Source: Carcharhinus longimanus
Taxonomy: Eukaryota
Direction of reading: 5' to 3'
DNA length: 64,000 nt
NCBI GenBank assembly: GCA_030264375.1
Contig: JASCQW010000072.1
Coordinates: 73,763,239-73,827,238 of the forward strand
In this document: positions 10,946 through 23,170 of the stretch, one piece after another
How the letters are laid out: the number at the start of each line of letters is the position of its first letter
How positions within the stretch are numbered: position 1 is the first letter of the stretch
Program-made: the position numbers and the translations under genes
Notes under the pieces: model-generated
What the model saw: the letters and a program-made list of their open reading frames with translations, nothing else
The model's database searches: none
What the model was told of the DNA's origin: nothing

Positions 10946-13218
10946 TCCACATTGCGGTGTTTTGGACAACAAGGCAATGGTGGAAGTTTTAAAGGGGTAT
11001 TTAGTGTCTGTCTTCATTGGAGAATACATAGAAAACTTCTAATAACTACTTGAAAATCAAGAGGTGAAAGAGAGGGAAGTGTTTAAAAGAATTACCATCA
11101 CCAGGGAAAAGGCACATACTAGGAAAACTATAAGATCTAAAGACTGACAAATCCTCTCTGCAGAGAGTAGGGATACATGGGTCTTTTTCAGATTGGCAAA
11201 CTAATCAGTGCAATGCTTTGCAGATCGATGCTGGAACCTCAACTATTTGCAACATATATCAGTGACTAGAAATAGGTGAGGGAGGTGCAATTTAAAAATA
11301 GGAGGCCTCCCTTTTAAGGTGGTGATAAAGAGAAATGTCTTCCAAGGGTTGTTCCTCTGTGGTATTCTCTTCCCCAGAAAAATTTGGAAGCTGGGTCTTT
11401 GAATTTAATCAAGACTGAATCAGATAGACACGTACAACTTGTTGGAAGGACATTAGGGAAACCTGCATCCTGTTGCTGCCTGATTGCAGCTGAAGAAAGT
11501 GTGTTGCACTTTCCTAGGCTGTTCTGCTGCTGTTTCCCTAATTTGACTGCTAGAACTACAGCGGGAATGAGCAGAGGGAGAGGGGTCTGGAAATCAGAGG
11601 CCTAGGGCCAGGAGGCTCAAAACTACCTGCAGGAGGAAGGAAAGAACAGATCTGAATCAGATAGATTTGTGGTAGACAGCAGGATCTAGAGTTATGGGTG
11701 AACAGACAGAATAGTGAAGACCACAATTAGATCTGCTTCACCGTTTTGAATTGCAGAGAAGGCTGAAAGGGCTAAATGGCCTACTTCTCAGTCCAGTGTT
11801 CATAAAAAGGCAAACTTTAAAAGACTAAACGTAAGGGGAGACTTTCTCATGTGACACATTGAAAATATGCCGTGAAAAAAGAATCACCCTGGGATTCAAC
11901 CTTGGCATTCAACTGCTCAACTGTTGGCAGCTATGAATTCACTGATCAGTTGTTGCCATAGAGACCACGATGCTTACTGTTCTTTCTAGTTCTAGATACG
12001 AATCATGAGGGGCGATTGACTTCCAAGTTCAGCAGTGGTTGACACAGCTCTGTATATTGTTCCTGCTTAGTTACTGGTTTAGGAAATCCAGATCTTATGC
12101 AGCTGAATTTGAGAAGCAAAATGGCAGCAGCCGTGGAGGATGTTTGGTGTGTCTTGTACTGAGCTTGATTGCAAGGCAGGGAAGGTGGAAAATGGCCAGT
12201 GCAAATCTCCCAACAACGGGGAAAGAAACTGTGCATGAATAGTACCTTTCATGGTGCCAGGCTGTCCCAAAGTGCTTCACAACTAATTGAGTAATTGAAG
12301 GAGTTGTAGTAAAACAGATGCAGCAGCCAATTAATGCATAGTTGTGCAAAAATACTGAGGTGTTACTATTACGTTAAGAAGACTAAGGACAGAATTTTAC
12401 GAGAAAAATTCTAAGTGTCCAGCTAGGGTGAAAATGGGAGAGCTGCAGATCTGTTTTTTGGGTGAGTTTTTACTTGCAACCTTATGCACATGAAAAAATG
12501 AGCAACACTGTTTCTAGCTACTTGAGGTAGTGGGTGGGGCTATACTCACAGCCAGCTTGATCAGGCAGCAGAGGGAGTTATTGCACAGGTGCACACCTCT
12601 GTGTCTGCACCCATACAGTTGCAACAGCAGAGGCTTAACCGAGAGAGAATGAGATCTGTCAGCCCTCTGCTGCTGCAGCCAACTTACACCCTGCCACCTA
12701 CTCATAGCTGAGCACTTCACCACTCAGAAAGAGACACCCCCCCCAAGCCCCCTCCCCCACCCAGACTGTTTTCCTTATGACTGCTTTTAAAATAAGGGAA
12801 ACACACCCTGCTACTGCTTTGTTTGCAAATTAAAGTATCTACCCGTGTGTAGTTTTGATGCACACATATTTAATATTCAATGCCTTGTGAGCTCTTTTTC
12901 TTTTTCTTTTCTCAGTGGCTAGGATTTAATGATGAAATACAAAAGCAGGCTCCTTAACAACCATCTTCAGATTAGGCTGCTATGTGACACAATGTGGCCA
13001 CGATTTCCATCAGTGAAAAGTCTTCATGTCCTTCCTGGTGTTTCTCTTTGACATCTATGCAGTCATATGAATTGTCAGGTAAATTGTAGCAAAAGGGAAG
13101 TTTTTTTTCTATCACATTTTCATGTTGAGAAATTAAAAACACCTTCAATTTGAGCAGCATTCTCAGAGTCAATAATTTTTATTCTGTTACTCTGAGAAAA
13201 AGTTGAAATGGTTGAATT

Positions 13219-13516
13219 GGCACAGAGGTTGGTACTGTTGCCTCACAGCACCAGGGACCTGGGTTCAATTCCAGCCCTGGATCATCGTCTGTGTGGAGTT
13301 TGCACATTCTTCCTGTGTCTGTATGGGTTTCCTCTGGATATTCCAGTTTCCTCCCATTGCTCCAAAGATGTGCAGCTTAGAATGATTGACTAAGCTAAAT
13401 TGTCCCTTAGTGTCAGGGGACCTGGAGGGTAAAAAAGAGGGTTATGGGGGTAGGGCCTGGGGTGGGATTGTGGTCAGTGCAGACTCAAATGGCCTCCTTC
13501 TGCATTGTAGGGATTC
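13219..13516 (+). mobile_element. HE1-type tRNA-derived V-SINE with a CR1 tail
   Basis: A/B-box-like head (ggcacagaggttgg...gggttcaattcc), V-domain-like core (gtgtggagtttgcacattct...gggtttcctc...agtttcctccca) and CR1 tail (aaatggcctccttctgcattgta). Confidence 0.85.
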
Positions 13517-14987
13517 ACGCTGAACACTGCAATGGTTGACTTGAAAACATTATTGTTGATCAATTATTCACTCTTTGTGCACTGCAGATTCTTAGAAAAG
13601 GCAAACAAGCTTATGCCAGTCGTTCTTGCTTTATTACAGTATATCTGGTGCATTTACACATAGGTACCATCACCAGGATGTAATGATTGCTCACTCACTT
13701 CAGTATTATATATCTTTATGCCTCTATTTCTGAAGATGCAGAGTGCATCACTCCAGTTGTTGAAGTAATGAATGGATTCTCAGAGAGCGATCTCAAAGAG
13801 TTTAGAACAGATGTTTCCAACTGGGAGGTGCAGTAGCGACCTACAAATTGGTCACAGGATGTTGAACTTGGGTCACCGAGTAAATTCTTGCTGCCCTATA
13901 AAGTGATCCTGTCAAAAAAAAACACAGGTGTTCTCTTTATTAAGTATGTTTTGAAGAAGCTGGAATCACAATGACGATCTCTCAGATGATAACGTAGCCA
14001 GAGGACTTTTGATGTGAAGGAAAAGTTTAGGAAAACTTGATACAGTTCAAGTTATCTACACTTTATGAAAGGAAAAGGTAAGAATTAGGAAATCCCATTT
14101 AGATAACGATTGTCACCTCACTACTGTAGCTTGCTTGGTCACTGGGCTCTGCCTGAGTCTCAAAAGCTACAGCTTCAGAATTTGACAAATATTACATGAT
14201 CCAAATCATTAAATTTTCCCATGTGCATAAAAATATTTTGCTATTGAATCAATTTCAAAATGCGATGACATCTTAAAAAAAAACAGGAAACCACTGAGAC
14301 CTTTTTTAAAATTATGGCTTTATGCGAGAACAGATAATTGACACATTAACCACAGACTTCAATAGATGCAGCAAAGTGTAGTTCTTGATGTGACATATCC
14401 CACCTACCAGGGAGGTTTATTGATGGAAATGGTAGCAGATAGAGATAATTGGTGATTGCCGTATTAAGTTTCCACTTAAAAGCAGCGCATTGATCTGGTG
14501 AGCTCTGCATTCCAAACACGCATCTTAAACGAGAGATCTGTCACAAATAAATGGCAGTCAATTTTCTGTGGTTGCTGACGCACAGCAAGTGAGTCTACTG
14601 TCAATTTCAGATATTTATTTTGAATGTATGTGTTGATGAGAGAAGTTTGCAAAGTACTGACACCAGTATTCTTTGTGCTGGAATATGGCCGGAATAAATT
14701 GAAGAATGGATCTGAAGCTGACCCACTGATGTTTAATATAATGCATGATGTTCATATAAAGTGGAAAGATTGTATTTCATTATACATTCCATGTGATGTG
14801 TGTCACAAGGGGTGGCTATTTGGTAAAAATTGTCACTGGGAAAAAAGTTTGAAAAACTCATTCAGAATATTCAGAATTGCTTAATATGAGTGAGGAAATA
14901 GCTCCTGTGGACTGAATCTTGCACTATTACATATTTTACTGAGAGTAGGGTAGCTTGCTGAAAGAATAACAACTACCGACAGCCCCT

Positions 14988-15160
14988 GAAATAAAAACAA
15001 AATATTGTGGGTGCTGGAAATCTGAAATTAAGAAAGTGCTGGAAAAATGCAGCGGGTCAGGGCTCTGAAGAAGAGTTATATTGGAACTCAATGTTAACTC
15101 TTTCATTCCCCTCAGATGCTGCTAGATTTGTTTTTTTTTCCCCAGCACTTTGTTTATTAC
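14988..15160. mobile_element. Short palindromic Penelope-terminus-derived element
   Basis: Imperfect inverted arms (aaagtgctggaaaa / tttcccagcacttt). Shares sequence with the Penelope terminus at 16150-16245 and has an internal ctgaaga-stem motif. Confidence 0.65.
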
Positions 15161-15889
15161 CCCTGGCCTCCTTATCTCAGAAATCTCCTCCATGCCTACA
15201 ACCCTTTGAGATATTTGGATTCTTGTAATTCTGGCTTTTTGAACATCCTTGGTTTAAATTGGTGGCTCCTTCCTTAAAATTTACCGCCCACCCCCCCACC
15301 ACTTTCCTCATTTAAGTCCCTCTCTAAAACCTATCTCGTTGTCTTCATATTTCCTTGTGTTATTCAGTGTCAAATATAAGTTGTTTGGACTGGAGATTCT
15401 GTGGAATGTCAAAACATTCTATTGCATTTTGCAAAACAGTCACTCCCAATCAACTGATGGATCAAGCTAAACTAATTTTCTCCAGAAATATGATAATTAA
15501 GAATCAGATAGAAATCATCAGCACAAAAAGTAAAATGACAAAGATGGTTTTGTATGGGTTTACTTCTTGCATTTCAGTTGCTCGAAAGATCTATTTGCTG
15601 AAACAACCTCTGCAGATTTCTCAGTACAACTTTGGAATTGAGTAATATGATTTCAACCACATATTTATAACTGTTAAGTCAATTTTGCAAACTTTAACTT
15701 GCGTATCCAACTGAGTTAGAGTTGATCGGTTTCTGTGCTGTTTGACTTCCTCCAGTCAAGTTTCTGCATTTCTCCTAATTCAGAAATGTTTTCTGACAGG
15801 TGAAGCATTACACGCCTTCCCCTCACTGCAGTTGTTTATTTAGTTCAATAGAACATCCTCCCCTGTAAAGTCTATTCGGGATTATTTCA

Positions 15890-17380
15890 CACTTAAAATT
15901 CCAATCGAAGTTGAAGGCTGCTCTTCCTTTGCATTGATGTCATCAGGAACTATCCCTGGATCCCTCTTCTTCCTCATTGATGCCTTTTCCCCTTGGCAAC
16001 TTCATCTGCAGATACAGTTTCAAATTCTACACTTACATCACATCTCAATCCCCTTGCTGCCTCTGCTGTCACGAGTATTTGGCTGACATTCAGTCTCGGA
16101 TGAACTGCATTTCCTCCACCATTTTGAAAAACCGAAGCTATTGTTTTCAGAAATAGAAACAGAAAATGTTGGAAAAACTCAGCAGGTCATGGAGCATCTG
16201 TGGAGAGAGAAACAGAGTTAATGTTTCAAGTCTGTACGACTCTAAAGAGCTAAAGAGAGGGAGAAATATGATGGATTGTGTATACTGTTTAAGAGGGGTG
16301 AGCAAAGTAGAAGGTCAGGGATAGGCAGGAGCTGGGAGAGATTGGACTTGGATGTTTTGGGCACAAAACAAAGGAAATGTTAGTGTTAAGGACTGAAGAA
16401 AGTGCTCATAGTGGTCTCTTTTAAGGTAAGATGGAACAAAGGTTAGCACTCAGTGAAAGCAAAGAATAAGTGACAGATGGCAAGATGGGGTGGATGCATT
16501 GGCACAAAGAAAAAGCCTCATGATGAAGCAGAGATATCACAGTCTGAAATTATTGAACTCATTGTTGAGTCCAGAAGGCAGTGAAGTGCCTAATTGGAAG
16601 AGGAGATGCTGTTATTGCAGTTTGCATTGTGCTTCACTGGAACATTCCAACTGGCCATCAATGGATGTGTTGAGCATGAGAACAAGTTGGTGAGTTGAAA
16701 TGGCAAGTGACAGGAAGGGCAGGGTCATGCTTGAGGACTGAGCAAAGGTGTTCCATAAAACGGTCACCTAGTCTGTGTTCAGCCTCCCCCGTGTAGAGAA
16801 GACTGCACTGGGAGCAGAGATTACAGTCGACCAAATTGAAGGAGTTGCAAGTATTTTCGGTCCTCTCTACACACCTATCCCTTTAGCATTGATTCCAACC
16901 CTCTTTGAGGCCACACCCTTGAGTTAAATCTGGAAGTAAGCAATTTTGCTTCTGAGTTCAGCTCCCAACAACATGATCCCAAATCTCTGCATCACAAAGG
17001 CAGTCAGCTTCCACCCTCTGCCAGTATCTCAGCTCATCTTCTACTGAAATCCTCGACAGTGAAATTGTTATCGACTTGACTGTTCAGATATGTACCTCGT
17101 CTTCTTGCCATTCTAGAAATTTAATTTCTCCTTTTCACTATACCCTTCTCCATCACCATCGAAACCCTCCCCAAAAACTCTGTTTTTCTAACTCTGGTCT
17201 TTAATGCATCTCCCTTTGTCAGCTACTATGTACTCTAAAATTTTATCCCTAAATTTCTTCAGCTCTGCCTCCGTTCCTTCAAGAATCTCCTGAAAATTCA
17301 CTTCTTTGATTAAACATTTCATTCTTTCTCCTAATACCTTCCCTTTTTAATGCGGCATTTAAAAAATGTCTCCTTGAAAA
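15890..17380 (+). mobile_element. Old L2-like LINE remnant split by a Penelope insertion
   Basis: Decayed RT (LADIQSRMNCIS...KTEAIVF) stops at about 16148 and resumes as GP at about 16859. Pyrimidine-rich L2-like 3' sequence follows. Confidence 0.6.
16149..16853 (-). mobile_element. Penelope-like element 3' fragment: GIY-YIG endonuclease plus terminal repeat
   Basis: The minus strand translates TCNSFNLVDCNLCSQCSLLYTGEAEHRLGDRFMEHLCSVLKHDPALPVTCHFNSP...(frameshift)...QHLLFQLGTSLPSGLNNEFNNFRL*, with the stop at 16537-16539. This is a CxxC-containing GIY-YIG domain of Neptune-type PLEs. Confidence 0.88.
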
Positions 17381-17737
17381 GTACTGAGATACTTTGAGAG
17401 AGTCATGAAGAGAAGACTGCTTAATGCTGTTTTCTAACAGAACAGCATGACTCAAAGTGCAACAACTGAAAGAGGAAAAATGGATTGTTGAGGCGGGATC
17501 CCTCAGAAATAAGAGTTCTGCAACTCTAATCCCTCTTTTTGATCCAGATGCAGATTGACTTTGTATGCAATTAATACTTTTATTTTAAATTTCCATTTTG
17601 TTTTTCCTTTTTAGTCTTCCTTTAATGTTCTTTTCATGAGAATGATGGCAGCTGAGCTAAACTAGTTGCTGGTCATGCTTTGGCCATTGAATTGAGAGCC
17701 AGTTTTTAAACAATGTGAAGCAGTCAGTGTTATCAAC

Positions 17738-19225
17738 GTTTACAGCATGGAAACAGGCCCTTCAGCCCAACTTGTCCATACTGCCAAGTTTCTACCACTA
17801 AACAAGTTCCCATTGCCCACATTTAGTCCATATCCCTGCAGATCCATCTTACCCATGAAACTGTCTAAATGCTTTTTAAAAGACAAAATTGTACCCATCT
17901 CTGCAACTGCCTTTGGCAGCTCATTACAGACGCTCACCACCTTCTGAGTGAAAAAATTGCCCTTCTTGTCCTTTTTGTATCCCTCACCTTAAATTTATAC
18001 CCTCTAATTTTAGATTGCCCAACTTTGGAAAAAGATGTTAACTAACTACCTTATCTATGCCCCTTATTATTTAATAGACCTCTATAAGATCACCCCTAAG
18101 TCTCCTACGCTCCAGGGAAAACAGTCCCAGTCTATCCAGACTCTCCTTATAACTGAAACCATCAAGTCGGTAGCATCCTAGTAAATCATTTCTGCACTCT
18201 TTCTAGTTTAATAATATTCTTTTTATAATAAATACGGTGACCAGATTTGTACACAGTGTTCCAAGTGTGGTCTTACTAATGTCCTGTTCAACTTCAACAA
18301 GACATCCCAAATCCTGTATTTAGTGTTCTGACCAATGAAACCAAGCATGACAAATGCCTTCTTCACCACCCTGTTCATCTGTGTTTAGACTTCCAAGAGC
18401 TGTGGACCTGTATTCATAGATTTCTTTGTTTTATAACTCTCCCCAGCGCCCTCCCATTAACTGAGTAGGTTCTGCCCTGATTCGATCTACCAAAATGCAT
18501 CACTTCAAATTTTCTAAGTTAAACTCAATCTGCCCTTCATTGGTCCACTGGCCCAGTTGACCAAGATCCCATTGCACTATGCCACCAACCTTGGTGTCAT
18601 CTGCAAACGTACTAACCATACCTCCTAAATTCTCAACCAAATCATTAATATAAATAACAAATAACAGTGGACACACCACCAGTCACAGGCCTCCAGTTTT
18701 TAAAAAACAACCCTCTTTAATCATCCTCTGTCTTCTGTCACCAAGTAAGAAGTCTGTAAACACCCGGTTTAAGTCCCACCCATTTATTTGATAGTAAANN
18801 NNNNNNNNNNNNNNNNNNNNNNNNNNNNNNNNNNNNNNNNNNNNNNNNNNNNNNNNNNNNNNNNNNNNNNNNNNNNNNNNNNNNNNNNNNNNNNNNNNCC
18901 CGTTGAGGTGGTGGAGGCTGCCTCACTTAATATTTTTAAGACGCGGGTTGATGGGTTCTTCATTCTGTCACCAAGCCAATTTTGTATCCAATTGGCTACC
19001 TCACTCTGGATCAGGTGAGATTTAACCTTAGGCAACAATCTGCCATGTGGTACTTTGTCAGAGGCTTTGCTAAAGTCCGTGTAGACAACGTCAACTGCAC
19101 TGCCCTCATCTACCTTCTTGGTTGCCCCTTCAAAAAACTCAATCAAATTTGTGAGGCATGGTTTTCCACTCCAAAGCCATGCTGACATTCCCAATCAGTC
19201 TTTGCCTCTCTAGATGCCTGTGGAA
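17738..19225 (-). mobile_element. CR1 LINE RT-to-tail fragment
   Basis: Minus-strand ORFs read GKPCLTNLIEFFEGATKKVDEGSAVDVVYTDFSKASDKVPHGRL and NELPKAVAEMGTILSFKKHLD. The CR1 tail is at about 17740. Confidence 0.9.
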
Positions 19226-22139
19226 TGTCTTGAAACAATAACCTGTATTTCCACAGAGGTGATAGTTAAAGCTAGTTTGGATGAACATTATAAAAATACA
19301 TTTAAATCTGAGCCATATAAAGTGAAGTTAAGACAGGTGATCAACAGATTTATTAAATAGGAATGTTTTAAGAAATATCTTAAAGGAGAAAATTGGTACA
19401 GGCATTTAGGGAGGTGTCATTAAGAAAAAGGCTGCTTAGAAAGAATTGTTCAGAAGATGTGGCAGTTGTTTACAACTAGAATTTATTTTGTAATATAATT
19501 TATTAATCTAAAGATGCATAATTGTATAATATTTGCATGGAAGAAAGGCCGATCCCATGTTGAATTTTCAGATAGTACTGGAGGATTACTGTATGAAATA
19601 GGAGGAAGCAGTGATTGATCTCTGTTCACTATGTTGCTTGCTAGGGTGAATCTGTTCCTACATGACACAGTAAATGCACTTCAAAAGTACCTTGTTGGCT
19701 GTAAAGTGCTTTGAGATGTCTGGTGGTCCTGAAAGACATTGTATAAATGCAAATCTCCTTTTTTAGTTGGAAAGCAGATTTGTTTCTGGCCCCTAAGGAG
19801 TTCCTAATCTCGGATGCCCTCAGATGTCAGATGGGGGAGGTGGGTATTCAGAGTGAAAAACACACTTATTCAAGGCAAGCTGTTCACGTCCAGAAAAAGC
19901 AATCTGTATGCAGTCCACCTTGGGGGCATTCACATCTGTGAGCAGATGGTTGCACAGCAGAATTGGCAAAGACCTGGTTGTGTGTCACCATGACTCGCAC
20001 AGTGTGATGCAGCAAACTTAAAAATAACATTTTTCCCACGAAGTACCCAGTGTGAGATGGATCTTTACTGTAAAATCATATGTTGAGTCTGTCTTGTCCA
20101 TGATAAATTTGACTGCGTGTGTCCAAGATAACAGGGCTCTGTTAATGAAAGTCAGATTCTGGTGTGCATTGCAAGCTATTCAGTTCCTCACTGCTCTAAC
20201 TAAATTCTTCATTCTCTCTTCTCCTCACCCAAAATTATAACTACCTCATCATTATAAAGACAACCAACCTATCAGGAAAAAAGCCACTTTCTTAGCCACA
20301 ATTCAGATTTTTAAACGCAAATCTTCAAGTTCCATTGTTTCTGTGTTGTTGGCTCTGCCTCACTCCCAATCAGTCTTTATAGATGTCCATAGATCAATTA
20401 CAGTAACCTAAATGTGGAGCAGTTCTGTCACATCTNNNNNNNNNNTTCAAAATAGAAACTTCATGATCATTTTTAGAAACTCTTTAAAAACTTCTCCAAA
20501 TCCAAACTGAAATAAGTAACCAAATGATTATGAACATTGTTCGCAAATTCAGTAGTGAATGATGTGTAATTTAAAGTGAATGTTTATGCATGTTTAGCCT
20601 GTCTTGCACGCCATGTTAATTGAAGATGCATGAGTCATTTTCCTATGGCTGGGCATTATAAATCACAGTCCACCAAGATGTACAATCCTGGAGCACTGTC
20701 TAGTTTTATTCTCAGGCAGTTCATCGATCACAAATGAGTGCTGGCCATTCCAGCAAACTTTTATGATGATGATATATAACTGTAACATGTAATTATTTTA
20801 TGGTTAAAATGCATAGAATTGAAGACGTAAGCTGTTGTGAATCAAATTCACCTGCTTGTCCTTTATTTGTAATTTCCTTCGGCCCCACATCCCTCTGTAA
20901 TATCTGTAGTCCTCTAACTTTGACCCTTGTGCACCTCTCGATTTCCATTGCTGCACCATTGGCAATAGTGCCTTCAGCTGTCATGGCTGTAATCTCTGGA
21001 ATTCCCTTGATAAACCTCTCCACCCTCGTTCCTCTCTTTCCTCCTCTAACCCTATAACACCTTAGGACATTTTGTGATGTTAAAGGTGCTACATTAATGT
21101 AATTTTTCCCCCCAGGGTCCTCTAGCACCTCAGTCAGTGACTATCATTCATACGTAAACTTTAATTTGAGTGTTAGCAGCAAACCACCCCTCCCCCCCCA
21201 CCACCTCCAAAACAAGGGCACAAACTATCTATTCTATCTCTATCCAAACAAAGATCACACCAACTAGATCCAATTCTGAACCCTCCTGTGACAGAAGTAC
21301 TCACCAGATAAAACTCAGAGTCATTGAGGGATGACATTTTTAATATTTCAATCCAACTTTAATTCTGCAATTCGCAGAGGGTTACTTTTCAAAAGTTAAT
21401 AGGTTTGTGTAAATTTGTTCATGCAACCATTAACCTGTTCAGTTGCAAATGTCAAAATATTGTGCACTTGAATTTCACACAAACAGGTCATGGTACGCGA
21501 GTATCCTGATGGAGGTGCAGTATGCTGACCCACACCCAACAAAAGATGCAGTGATCCATTTCATTTGGTTACTGTTTCATCAGATGCTTCTTTTTTGGTT
21601 TTGCATTAAACAGATTTCCATTTGTAGTGTAACCATGGGTCATTCTGGCCATTTGCCAACTGTTAGAAAATCACGCTGAAGTGAATAGCTTGGCTCACAC
21701 TAGTTATTGCAAACCTAATTAATGGAGATAACTCGTTTTTCTTAAGTCAGGGTTGTGTATAGACCATCGCATCATGTGCTTAAATGAAATGACCATTAAT
21801 CAAACAAACATCCATAGAAAAAAATGGAGATTTTTGCATTTAAAAATAAACTTCATGGTGAAACCAAATTTGCAACTGAAAGATTGAGTGAAATGGAGTC
21901 TATAAAATTACATTTTTGAGCAGCGTAATTCATTTTCGTTACCCAATACCTAACCAACTCCAGGTTAGGCGGTCGCCAAGAATTTGATACAAACTCACTG
22001 GACTGTATCCCATCAAAGCTGCCTTAATCTCAACTCAAAAGTACTACCTCCTACACCAATATGACTTTTTATTCTCTGCACTAGCCATCTGTATTGCCTC
22101 TCTGAGTCAGATAACTACAAAGAAGTGCCCTATTAGGCT

Positions 22140-23170
22140 AATTTTCTGGGTCTTTGATTAAAACTACACCAATTCAAGTCTCAGTCAGAGGAAGGGATTT
22201 TATCACAGAGGTGGACAACAGCTTCACCGACTATCTATGAGAGTATTGAACATTTTAAGGAAGATCTGTATTTTTTTAAAGAAATACAAGTAAAGACACT
22301 GGTCAAAAGCATACTGTAAAGTGATCATTTTCTCTAGAAAATTCCAACGTGAAATATATAGGTAGACCAGTCCTGAGAACATGGAATGCTACATCTGAAA
22401 GTGTCAAGGTCTGTTTCAAACCTGAGAGGAAAGTATGGAAAACGCCGAAGGTTGGACTTTATTCTCCTGTGTTTGTGGAGGCTTTCATACATTTCATTAG
22501 AAGATCCAAAACTCTTATTGATTGATATCTCAATGTGTAAAGTGTTCTGACTTGAAAGTGAAATGGACTGTGGATGCAAGACAGACCAATTTCACTCTCC
22601 CAGCAATACACACAGAAAATGGGTTAAAACTGGCTTGAAGACCAACTAGAGCAAAAGAACAAAAGCCCTTTCTATCGTTCTGGAAGCAATTGTGTTTTAG
22701 CAAGAGGCAAGAGACAAGATAACCTCGTCAGTTAATCTTACAGAGACAACCAGGTCATCCTACCCTCTGGGGCAAGCCAACAGGTGTCTCCAAAAACTGC
22801 AGAATCAATAAGGACAGCTCCATGAAAGAATCATATAACCTAACGGCCTCAATGTACCACCATCTACACCTTACAGATAAGTCAAGGACTAATTTGTATA
22901 TTCTTTTAAATTTGATTTGGACTGTTTTTCATTTCTGACCTTTGTGTATATGTGCATGTGGCACCTTTATTTTCCTCCGGTTTTAGCAACCAATGGTCTT
23001 GCTCTTTCTTTCACTCAGGAAAGCTTGTTTAAATTGGCTCCTTATCAAAAGTAAATACATTTGGATTGAGAAAGGTACCCCATAAGAAGTTTAAACAAAG
23101 CTTTGTTGCTACCAGCTGAGCAAGTTGAATAAAAAGGAGAGCCAACTCATTCCTCCTCACCCATCGTAAT
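22140..23170 (+). mobile_element. Possible solo LTR (boundaries uncertain)
   Basis: About 1 kb of non-coding sequence ending aataaaaaggagagccaactcattcctcctcacccatcgtaata, resembling an LTR 3' end (polyA signal followed by a ...cgtaaca-like terminus). I identified no TSD or 5' TG. Confidence 0.3.

Larger units (their letters stand above)
8050..11800 (+). mobile_element. Old, internally deleted CR1 LINE (endonuclease to 3' tail) interrupted by three insertions
   Basis: Endonuclease remnants (IITGGFNLHVVWANQIGKG; LVLCNETGLINNL; GNSGHSIMKF). The reading resumes across the inserts (P*LNKEDV|DSIKLKE; GELIIE|NKAMVEVL). CR1 tail at about 11700-11800. Confidence 0.8.

Noticed and set aside
13203-13393. 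Similar short ORFs recurring at several places (e.g. WYCCLTAPG, LLPHSARD, VEFAHS)
   Set aside because: These are translations of SINE copies, not a protein family.
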